Shown: piece after piece, positions 31,890 through 39,190 of the stretch | Numbering within the stretch: position 1 is the first letter of the stretch | How the letters are laid out: the number at the start of each line of letters is the position of its first letter | The notes under the pieces: model-generated | Database searches by the model: none | What the model saw: the letters and a program-made list of their open reading frames with translations, nothing else | What the model was told of the DNA's origin: nothing | Made by a program: the position numbers and the translations under genes | UHGV virus genome: UHGV-1390708 | DNA: 40,460 nucleotides | Source of the DNA: a virus | Direction: 5' to 3' (one strand)

Positions 31890-33305
31890 ATGGCTACGTG
31901 GCAACAGGGTATTAATTCTGGTGGTTTTCTGGCTGGCATCGGTACGCAAAATGAGAATGCGCCAAAGGCAAGCGACATTAACGCAACGCTTGGTCTGATC
32001 CGCGAAAACAATGAACTGGCTCGCTCAGGTGCAAATAACGTTGGTCTGACCGCGTTACGTGGTCTGGCTGGAGTTGCTGATATTTATAAGCAGGAACAGC
32101 AACAGAAAGCGATTAATGCGTTCAATAAGGTTCATGCTGATGCATGGGCTTCTGGTGATCCATCGGGACTATTTAAGTTTGCCAAGGAAAATCCAGCGTT
32201 TGTTGCGCAGGCACAACAGGCGTTTTCCGGTCTTAATGAGCAGCAACGCAACGATATGGGCGATTTAGCCATGAGGGCTAACGTCGCTCTTTCTCAGGGA
32301 CCGGAAGCCTACAGTAAATTCATTACTGACAACAAGGACAGGTTAAATCGCGTTGGTGTTAATGCTGACTGGATGATTCAGACAGGTATCCAGAATCCAG
32401 AGCAGCTATCACACATGCTGACTACTATGTCTCTCGGTGCGCTTGGACCAGAAAAGGCGTTTGCTGTTCAGGACAAGATGGCTGGTCGTGAGATTGATCG
32501 CGGAAAACTTGCAGAGACAATCCGCAGCAATCAGGCTGGTGAAGCACTTCAGGCGAGAGGGCAAAACCTTTCCTATCAGTCAGCAATGACTGGGCACAAT
32601 ATCGCAGCACAACGCTTGGCTCTGGATCAGCAAGAGTTCGGGTTTAAGATGCAGCAAGCGCAGGAAAAGGCTCAGCAGTTGATTAGCGAAGCACCTAAGC
32701 TGTCAGTAAACATGGAAAAAGGCATCGAGACGGCTGTAAACAATGCTACAGCATCATCAAACTCAGCCAATTCTATGAGTGCGCTTGCTCAACAGTTCAG
32801 AGCAGAAAAACCAACGACAGGTTTGTTCGGTAACGCACAGAACATGTTCGCAAAACTTACCGGAAGCGATACAACATTGCGTGATTTGCGCATTCGCCAA
32901 AATGCCCTTGTTAACAGTCAGGTTCTTAAATTCCTACCTCCCGGCCCAGCAACGGATAAAGACGTTGAGATCGTTCGACAGGGTGCGCCAACTGACATGG
33001 ATAACCCTGAGACGGTCGCAAGATGGCTTGATGCAATGGCAAACCTTGAGCGACGAAACGCGCAGTTTAATGAGTTTAAAGCCGAGTGGATGAGCGCGAA
33101 TGGCAACCCTGGACAATCGCGTAATGGCGGTCAGATATTGGGGTTGGATGTTAAAAAAGGTGAATCATTGGGGAGTGCCGTTAAGCGGTATATGTCAATG
33201 AATACTGACGCAGCACCAGCGCAAGATTCGACACCTTCAGGAGAAACACCGAATCAGGTTGGATCATATACCTCAAAATCAGGCATTCAATTTACGGTGG
33301 AATGA
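31890..33305 (+). CDS. Ejection protein, P22 gp20-like, 471 aa.
   Basis: Synteny and size. Confidence 0.75.
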   Translation: MATWQQGINSGGFLAGIGTQNENAPKASDINATLGLIRENNELARSGANNVGLTALRGLAGVADIYKQEQQQKAINAFNKVHADAWASGDPSGLFKFAKENPAFVAQAQQAFSGLNEQQRNDMGDLAMRANVALSQGPEAYSKFITDNKDRLNRVGVNADWMIQTGIQNPEQLSHMLTTMSLGALGPEKAFAVQDKMAGREIDRGKLAETIRSNQAGEALQARGQNLSYQSAMTGHNIAAQRLALDQQEFGFKMQQAQEKAQQLISEAPKLSVNMEKGIETAVNNATASSNSANSMSALAQQFRAEKPTTGLFGNAQNMFAKLTGSDTTLRDLRIRQNALVNSQVLKFLPPGPATDKDVEIVRQGAPTDMDNPETVARWLDAMANLERRNAQFNEFKAEWMSANGNPGQSRNGGQILGLDVKKGESLGSAVKRYMSMNTDAAPAQDSTPSGETPNQVGSYTSKSGIQFTVE

Positions 33306-35428
33306 TGAAAGTAACTGCAAACGGTAAGACATTTACCTTCCCTGATGGTACGAGCACGGAAGATATTGGCACCGCCATTGATGAGTATTTTGCTGGTCAG
33401 GCTGTTCAGCAACAAACAGTTAATCAGGACAATAATGCACCAACACGGGAAGAACCATCATTGATGCAACAAGCTGGCGATTGGCTCACTGGTGGTCAAA
33501 GTGCAGGGCAAATTGCAGAACAGGCTGGTCGTGGTCTGGTAAACATACCATTTGACGTATTGCAGGGTGGCGCAAGTCTGATTAATGCAATCAGCCAGGG
33601 GCTTGGTGGCCCCAAGGTTTTGGATGATGTTTATCGCCCTGTCGATCGACCGACAGACCCTTGGGCGCAAGCCGGTGAAACAATTGGTGGGTATCTCCTG
33701 CCAATTGGCACAGCGGCAAAAGTTGCTGGAGCGCCAGCAAAGCTCGCAGGAGACATCGGTTCCGCAGGAAACATGATTGCAGGTTCTCTTGCTGATGCTG
33801 CAAATCAGGAGGGTGATTTTGCACAAAATGCTGCCATTAACGGTGGTATCAATATTGGTGCTCAAGGCGTTCTTTCAGGTGTCGGGCGCGTTATTGCGCC
33901 AAGGGTTTCACAGGCTCTTGGTGGTGCAGCACTGAATTCTGCTAATGATGTTTCTAGGATGGCAAAGTCAGGTGCTGGGCGTCAGTCAATTGCCAGTCAG
34001 GCCGCTAATGTGTCCGAAGATGTAGCAAAAGCGGCTGAGTCTGCTGGAATTGATATAAACGCATTAACACCAGGAATGCGATCTGGAAGTCGTGGAATTG
34101 CACAAGCCGAAGGCGCATTGGCATCAACACCTGGAATTGTTCAGGACGCCCATCAGGCAGCATTTAACGAAATATCATCAAAGTTAAGTCGAAACCTTGA
34201 TGAATTTGGGGCCACATCTGGAACGGCATCAGAAAAAAGTGCGGCTATAAAACAAAGGATTCTTCAAAATCTTGATCAGATGAAGGATGCCGAGCGCGCG
34301 GCATGGGATGACGTGCGGTCAACAATGCCAAATCAAAAAGCAAGAATGCTAAATGGTAATGCCGTTATTCAGGCAGAGCGATCTGCTGGCATACCGCTTA
34401 CTCCTGAAATGAAACAGTTTGTTCAGGCAAACAATCAAGGTGGAGTAACATTTGATGGCATGAAAGCATGGAGAGCGAAATTTGCTGATGCGGAGCAAAA
34501 ATATAAGCGTAGCGGAGAGGCAAATGCGGCAAGGAGAGCAGGGGAAATACGCCGGGCAATTACTGATGATATGCGCACAATGGCGGAAAACGGCGGATTT
34601 CTTGATGACTGGCAGAAAGCTAATGATCTGTCTAAAGCGAGGTTATCAGCACAAGAGAGTGCAGAGTCTGTTTTCGGGCGTGATTTGGCAACAGATGCAC
34701 TGATTACGAATGGAGTAAAATCCCTTCAATCATCGTCAGCTAAAGGTCTTAATGGTCCTGCTGGATTCCATTCTATGATCCGCGCGCTGCCAGAATCAGA
34801 GCGTGTTCCTGCTATTTCATCAATGTTGCAAGATGCTATCTCGCATGGTGTACGTGGTGGCAAAGCTGATGCAGCAGGAATTAACCATATCGCAGAGATA
34901 CTGACTCCACAAAATGTAAAAGCCATTAGCCGATATTCCTCAGAGCTTGGAAGAATTGCTGATGCATATGGCACTCTTGCAAGAGCAGCAGTGAAACCTC
35001 AGCAGTATATTGAAAGAACAGGTAGAACTGCCAATGTACTACGCGATCTGGATGCTGGTTTATCCAACGTCACATCAACAGTGTTAAATGCAATTGCCAA
35101 TTCAACATCAGGTGCCATTGTTGGTGGCGCTGGAGGAGGCATTGCAGGCGCTGCCGCAGGTGCTTTAGTTGGCGCTGGGTTAAAAGGCGCTGTATCTAAA
35201 ATTGCCACCACACGTAGTGGTCGGTATGCGATAGAGAAAGCAGTTCAGGAAGCAACTAAAGCAGTAAGAGCAGGCGGAAGCAAAGAAGCATTAGCGGCGG
35301 CGGAACGCAGATTTATGGCAAATAAGGCCGCCGTAAAAGCAATACGCGAGGCACTAGGAAACGAAGAGTTCCAGCGTTTAGCAAGGGCTGGAATTGTGGC
35401 ATCGCTTAGCGGAATGGCACAGGAGTAA
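33302..35428 (+). CDS. Ejection protein, P22 gp16-like, 708 aa.
   Basis: Synteny. A Gly/Ala-rich membrane-active segment near the C-terminus. Confidence 0.7.
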   Translation: MMKVTANGKTFTFPDGTSTEDIGTAIDEYFAGQAVQQQTVNQDNNAPTREEPSLMQQAGDWLTGGQSAGQIAEQAGRGLVNIPFDVLQGGASLINAISQGLGGPKVLDDVYRPVDRPTDPWAQAGETIGGYLLPIGTAAKVAGAPAKLAGDIGSAGNMIAGSLADAANQEGDFAQNAAINGGINIGAQGVLSGVGRVIAPRVSQALGGAALNSANDVSRMAKSGAGRQSIASQAANVSEDVAKAAESAGIDINALTPGMRSGSRGIAQAEGALASTPGIVQDAHQAAFNEISSKLSRNLDEFGATSGTASEKSAAIKQRILQNLDQMKDAERAAWDDVRSTMPNQKARMLNGNAVIQAERSAGIPLTPEMKQFVQANNQGGVTFDGMKAWRAKFADAEQKYKRSGEANAARRAGEIRRAITDDMRTMAENGGFLDDWQKANDLSKARLSAQESAESVFGRDLATDALITNGVKSLQSSSAKGLNGPAGFHSMIRALPESERVPAISSMLQDAISHGVRGGKADAAGINHIAEILTPQNVKAISRYSSELGRIADAYGTLARAAVKPQQYIERTGRTANVLRDLDAGLSNVTSTVLNAIANSTSGAIVGGAGGGIAGAAAGALVGAGLKGAVSKIATTRSGRYAIEKAVQEATKAVRAGGSKEALAAAERRFMANKAAVKAIREALGNEEFQRLARAGIVASLSGMAQE

Positions 35429-35758
35429 TTAGTCATCCATGGATGGATTGAGCTTATCTCGTGTTGATGTGGCAATTTTACCAACATTTTTCAACCAAGA
35501 TTTTAAGAAGGATATGTCGTCCTTAATATCATGAATATCCTCATTCTTTATACGATCAACCTTATCCTCTAGGCTCTCTATAGAACGCTCAATGCTAGAC
35601 AGAGAGATTTTTAAGTCTCCTTGCTCACGTTCCAGTGAGGATTTGAGAGCACAATATTCGTTTTCTAGAATTCCTATTTTTTTTGTTAGAGAGTGCATTC
35701 GATACTCATACACCAAACTAGAAACGACTAATGCAGCCAACAGAAACCATTCAAGCAC
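35429..35758 (-). CDS. Membrane-anchored coiled-coil protein, 109 aa, in the sieA position. GTG start.
   Basis: AAGGAGG Shine-Dalgarno sequence 5 nt before the GTG at 35758. TM segment LEWFLLAALVVSSLVY followed by heptad-like charged helices. AT-rich. The longer track ORF would overlap the next gene. Confidence 0.6.
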   Translation of the reverse strand: MLEWFLLAALVVSSLVYEYRMHSLTKKIGILENEYCALKSSLEREQGDLKISLSSIERSIESLEDKVDRIKNEDIHDIKDDISFLKSWLKNVGKIATSTRDKLNPSMDD

Positions 35759-35788
35759 ACCAACCTCCTTAGTTTTGCGCAGGATACC

Positions 35789-36154
35789 ATGAAAAAAGTT
35801 AACATTGGAAACGTACCAAAAATGCTCGTTCCGCTCTTTGAGAGCGGTACAATTGTGTTTTGTAGAGACTTTCCAGAATGGCAACGCCTGCATCAAAAAC
35901 TTGGTGTGGACGTGCAGGACTCGGATGCCAACGGAGCGTCTCATACAATGAGCAGCGAGAATGGTGTTTTGCATGTGATAGGCGTGTTCAATGGCAAACT
36001 ATCTACTATTGCCCATGAGTGCGCTCACATGGCATTCGATATCTGCTCAAGGGTCGGTGTTGATGTTGAACCAGGAAGAGCCAACGAGACTTACTGCTAC
36101 TTAATGAGCAGGCTTGTTGAGTTCTGCGAGCGACATATCAAAAAGCCGGAGTGA
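35789..36154 (+). CDS. Mini HExxH zinc-metallopeptidase-like protein, 121 aa.
   Basis: GVFNGKLSTIAHECAHMAFD, with HECAH at 36014-28, resembles the ImmA/IrrE (M78) active-site segment. A downstream Glu (ANETYCY) is present. Confidence 0.5.
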   Translation: MKKVNIGNVPKMLVPLFESGTIVFCRDFPEWQRLHQKLGVDVQDSDANGASHTMSSENGVLHVIGVFNGKLSTIAHECAHMAFDICSRVGVDVEPGRANETYCYLMSRLVEFCERHIKKPE

Positions 36155-36167
36155 CCCGGCTTGATTA

Positions 36168-36347
36168 TTACTTTTTGCTGTCTGGAGTTCGCTTATCTAA
36201 TACCCAGCCATGACCTGGCTTTGTTGTTGGTGGAAGCCTTTCGTTGTCCTTGACGGTGGCAAAATTGTCTTTCTTACCGCCGCGCGGGCCAACTTCTTGG
36301 TATATTCCGCCGTTTTTTCCTGTGTTTTCACCTGGTTTTTTCGCCAT
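36168..36347 (-). CDS. YjzC-like small protein, 59 aa from MAKKPGENTGKNGGIYQEVGPRGG.
   Basis: GAGG Shine-Dalgarno sequence. The motif pattern PGE..P.NGIY.EVG..G is YjzC-like. It has its own promoter-like sequence and a terminator hairpin. Confidence 0.5.
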   Translation of the reverse strand: MAKKPGENTGKNGGIYQEVGPRGGKKDNFATVKDNERLPPTTKPGHGWVLDKRTPDSKK

Positions 36348-36427
36348 GATATACCTCAACATGCACTCGTTATTGGGCGATTAAATATTGATCTCATTTT
36401 ATGAGTAGTCAATATGGTCCAAAAAAG

Positions 36428-36462
36428 GCAAAAATTAACCCACCTTCAGGTGGGTTTTTTGT
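36428..36462. terminator. Bidirectional-looking hairpin terminator at the 3' end of the first Mnt-like gene.
   Basis: AACCCACC-ttca-GGTGGGTT flanked by T-runs on both strands. Confidence 0.6.
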
Positions 36463-36766
36463 TTAGCAGTTCTCTCAACTTTTCGTTCTGCTCTCTGAAC
36501 TTTTCCTGTATTTCTTTTTGCATGGCGATAACCTGGGCTTGAAGTTGAACTAGCGCATCAACATTTAGCGGAACCGAGACGCTGTTGATTTTATCTGCTA
36601 TTTCCCCGAGTGTATTTTCTGCATTCAAGGCATCTTCCAGTATCTGAACAATCTCTGAGTTCATTGATCTGCCGTTACGTTTGGCTCGTTCAGCTATAGC
36701 ATCCCGCATTCCTGCAGGAAGCCTGATATTGAACCTATCCATTTCATGACTAGGGAACTTGCTCAT
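36446..36766 (-). CDS. Mnt-like ribbon-helix-helix repressor with a C-terminal coiled coil, 106 aa.
   Basis: FNIRLPAGMRDAIAERAKRNGRSMNSEIVQILEDAL is an Arc/Mnt RHH signature. It is divergent from the Arc-like and ant genes. Confidence 0.75.
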   Translation of the reverse strand: MSKFPSHEMDRFNIRLPAGMRDAIAERAKRNGRSMNSEIVQILEDALNAENTLGEIADKINSVSVPLNVDALVQLQAQVIAMQKEIQEKFREQNEKLRELLNKKPT

Positions 36767-36808
36767 ATGACCTCAACGTAAAGATGTTCGCTAAACAATA
36801 GCACCAAC

Positions 36809-36850
36809 TTGACATCAAAATAAATGGTGTTAAATTGGTTCTAGAACCAA
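36809..36850 (+). promoter_or_regulatory. Pant-like promoter (-35 TTGACA at 36809-14, -10 TAAATT at 36831-36) with a 16-bp perfect palindromic operator, TTGGTTCTAGAACCAA (36835-36850).
   Basis: Read directly. The spacer is 16 nt, and the palindrome overlaps the -10 element and the start site. Confidence 0.65.
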
Positions 36851-36877
36851 GTTGGTATCATTATAGGAGGATTACTT

Positions 36878-37051
36878 ATGAAAGATGTGCTTTACACAGG
36901 TCGTAAAAGTCAAAGTTTTCAGCTTCGTTTGCCAGCGCGAATGAAGGAGGAGATTAGACGTGTTGCTGAAATGGATGGAATTTCTATCAACTCTGCGATT
37001 GTGCAGCGACTGGCTAAAAGCCTGAGAGAGGAAAGAGCTAATGCCCAGTAA
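36878..37051 (+). CDS. arc: Arc-like ribbon-helix-helix repressor, 57 aa (under 60 aa, so absent from the track).
   Basis: MKDVLYTGRKSQSFQLRLPARMKEEIRRVAEMDGISINSAIVQRLAKSLREERANAQ. AGGAGG Shine-Dalgarno sequence upstream. Confidence 0.75.
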   Translation: MKDVLYTGRKSQSFQLRLPARMKEEIRRVAEMDGISINSAIVQRLAKSLREERANAQ

Positions 37052-37120
37052 AAATAGTGAAGCCCAGCAGTGCGCGAACACAAACTGGGCCTCTATGTCA
37101 GTAACCGTATGCAAGGAAAC
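37052..37120 (-). ncRNA. Candidate sar-like antisense RNA covering the ant ribosome-binding site.
   Basis: Minus-strand promoter with -35 TTGTAA (37148-53) and -10 TATTCA (37126-31), 16-nt spacer. The hairpin GCCCAG...CTGGGC (37062-37090) is followed on the minus strand by a T-rich run. Confidence 0.4.
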
Positions 37121-37124
37121 TAAC

Positions 37125-37751
37125 ATGAATATTGTAGCAAAATCAGATTACAACTTCCACGGAGTTGAGTTGGTGCCCACCCGTGATATGCATGGTGTTT
37201 GGTTTACATCATCTAATATTGCATCTGCACTTAAATACGCAAATAGTCGTGCAGTAACAATGATTTATAACAAGTATAGCGATGAGTTTAGCGCCGGAAT
37301 GACTCAGGTACTCGAAGTGAGTACCTCAGGAAATTATCGCAAAAAAGTGCGAGTTTTCTCACTACGCGGTGCCCACCTAATCGCGATGTTTGCTCGCACT
37401 CCGGTAGCCAAAGAGTTCCGCCGCTGGGTGCTGGATATTTTGGATCGGCAGGCAGAATGCTCACCGATTGCAAAACAGTTTACTGACGAAGAACTGGTTA
37501 ATCTCTGCTACTTACAATTGTGGATGGAGAAGAGTCAACAAATGTGCAAACACATCTACCCAGGAATGAAGCAAATTGGTTCTGAGCTTTCAGGAAGGAT
37601 TTACGATATTGCATATGAGACTCGCTACATGTCAGAAGAAACCAAGAAATCACTTCTTCGTGAAATGAAGAATCTTGATACCAACAATTTTGTCGTAAAG
37701 AACGCTCAGCCAATACTGGCAAAACTGCGCGGCGAGGAATGGATTCATTGA
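37125..37751 (+). CDS. ant: Antirepressor with a Bro-N domain, 208 aa from MNIVAKSDY.
   Basis: FHGVELVPTRDMHGVWFTSSNIASALKY...LRGAHLIAMFARTPVAKEFRRWVLDIL is Bro-N. AAGGA Shine-Dalgarno sequence. Confidence 0.75.
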   Translation: MNIVAKSDYNFHGVELVPTRDMHGVWFTSSNIASALKYANSRAVTMIYNKYSDEFSAGMTQVLEVSTSGNYRKKVRVFSLRGAHLIAMFARTPVAKEFRRWVLDILDRQAECSPIAKQFTDEELVNLCYLQLWMEKSQQMCKHIYPGMKQIGSELSGRIYDIAYETRYMSEETKKSLLREMKNLDTNNFVVKNAQPILAKLRGEEWIH

Positions 37752-37770
37752 TTGGTGCGCCGGACGGCGC

Positions 37771-37801
37771 AAAAAGAAAACCGCCAGTGTGCTGCTGGCG
37801 G
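37771..37801 (-). terminator. Minus-strand-oriented hairpin plus T-run between the two ant-like genes.
   Basis: The minus strand reads CCGCCAG-cagcaca-CTGGCGG followed by TTTTCTTTTT. Confidence 0.4.
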
Positions 37802-37839
37802 CCTATGTCACACCCTTACTACCACATAAGGAATGCCTA

Positions 37840-38565
37840 ATGACTTTTAAGAATGTAGCAAACATCGGATCCGTTGTCACGGATAAAACCATTGACAGCC
37901 AAAGTCTTCTGATGATGGTTAATGAAGCTCGCAAGTTATGTGGAGAGCCATCAGTACGTAACAACAAATTCATCGAGAAAATTGAGGATGAATTGGAGGG
38001 CGAGACCTACACAAAAAGTGTAGGTCGGAAAAACGGGGCTGACATTGATGTTATCTCCATGACTATCAAGCAGGCGCTTCGTGTTGCTGCTCGCGAATCT
38101 AAAGCAGTTCGCCGAACACTTGTAGACAAACTTGAAAGTATGCAGGAAGCACACATTAAAAGCGGTAAATCAGCGAGTGGACTTGTTGAGTATCGTCAAG
38201 CGCGAACATTGAAAATGACGGTTGAAGCTGTTACCAATCTGTTCGATCTGATGCCAAATCTTGCGCCTGAGGCAAAGCAGACTGCGGCAGCAAGCATAAT
38301 CAACCCGATCGTTGGTTTTAATGCAATACCTCTTCCAGCAATAGAAGAGCATTACTACTCAGCAGGGGAGGTTGCAGAGCAGCTTGGAGTAACGGCCAAC
38401 AAGATTGGTCGCATTGCTAACGCAAACAACCTCAAAACTGAGCAGTACGGCAAGTTCTTCCTAGATAAATCTGCGCATTCCAGCAAACAGGTAGAGGCGT
38501 TCCGCTACAATGCGGAAGGTGTTAAAGCACTACAACACCTGATTCATGGGAGTAATGTTGCATAA
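37840..38565 (+). CDS. Second antirepressor-like / phage regulatory protein, 241 aa from MTFKNVANIG.
   Basis: AAGGA Shine-Dalgarno sequence. The C-terminal YYSAGEVAEQLGVTANKIGRIANANNL is HTH-like. The family assignment is uncertain. Confidence 0.4.
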   Translation: MTFKNVANIGSVVTDKTIDSQSLLMMVNEARKLCGEPSVRNNKFIEKIEDELEGETYTKSVGRKNGADIDVISMTIKQALRVAARESKAVRRTLVDKLESMQEAHIKSGKSASGLVEYRQARTLKMTVEAVTNLFDLMPNLAPEAKQTAAASIINPIVGFNAIPLPAIEEHYYSAGEVAEQLGVTANKIGRIANANNLKTEQYGKFFLDKSAHSSKQVEAFRYNAEGVKALQHLIHGSNVA

Positions 38566-38786
38566 TGGCAAAGAAAAAATATGGCATTATGCCGCCAAGA
38601 ATCAAAGGAAGAGCCAGGGTAAAAGGCGATGCTGGAAGGTATCACATTCTTGGAGTTCTGTGGCATGAGAGAGCTTTAATTTTAAGTAGACCTCATGGGT
38701 ACATTGAAAAGGTATCTATAGATAGAGTAGAGATTCTTCCCCTTACACCTGAAGAAGAAGAAACGTACGGACTTTTTGATAACTAA
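38565..38786 (+). CDS. Hypothetical basic protein, 73 aa.
   Basis: ATAATG junction with the preceding gene. A terminator follows. Confidence 0.5.
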   Translation: MAKKKYGIMPPRIKGRARVKGDAGRYHILGVLWHERALILSRPHGYIEKVSIDRVEILPLTPEEEETYGLFDN

Positions 38787-38793
38787 CCAACTA

Positions 38794-38820
38794 AACCCGC
38801 TTAATCGCGGGTTTTTTCTT
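38794..38820 (+). terminator. Intrinsic terminator at the convergent junction with mnt.
   Basis: AACCCGC-ttaatc-GCGGGTT followed by TTTTTCTTTT. Confidence 0.7.
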
Positions 38821-39058
38821 TTCTAAGGATATCAGCCACAACTTCTTTTACTCGTTCCGAGATTAATGAGGCCAGCCTCTCTTCTTCATCACGATACCCG
38901 CTTACAGGTGATGGTTTGGAGAGTGATTCTTCCATCGTAGCCACAATTTCGGAATTGATAGACCTGTTATTCATTTTTGCACGTTGCTTAATCTTAGCGT
39001 GCAACTCGTGCGTAAGCCTCAAGTGGAACTGCGCCTCATCGTATTTGCTGTACATCAT
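38801..39058 (-). CDS. mnt: Mnt repressor (P22-type RHH), 85 aa from MMYSKYDEAQFHLRL.
   Basis: RSINSEIVATMEESLSKPSPVSGYRDEEERLA closely parallels P22 Mnt ...SKPSPVTGYRNDAERLA as I recall it. GGTGAGG Shine-Dalgarno sequence. Confidence 0.8.
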   Translation of the reverse strand: MMYSKYDEAQFHLRLTHELHAKIKQRAKMNNRSINSEIVATMEESLSKPSPVSGYRDEEERLASLISERVKEVVADILRKEKTRD

Positions 39059-39190
39059 CAATGCCTCACCAAATGGGTGGAATGGCATCGTAAAACCTAC
39101 TGTACAAATCAACAATCGTACCATTTCGGTATGCAACAAACACCAACCGTAGCCATGCTGCGGCGATTCCTTGTATCTGGAGCAAATTAA

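Noticed and set aside
35759-35974. The long form (181 aa) of the minus-strand ORF 35429-35974.
   Set aside because: The extension overlaps the HExxH gene on the opposite strand and lacks a Shine-Dalgarno sequence. An AAGGAGG-GTG start at 35758 gives a cleaner gene.
37041-37124. The extended ant start at 37041.
   Set aside because: It overlaps the Arc-like gene's 3' end. The AAGGA-spaced ATG at 37125 begins the Bro-N domain.
39059-39190. A search for a P22-type Mnt operator (symmetric GGTCCAC…GTGGACC-like) between mnt and the tailspike gene.
   Set aside because: Only weak partial symmetries are present (for example AATGGCA…TACCATT). Nothing is convincing enough to annotate.
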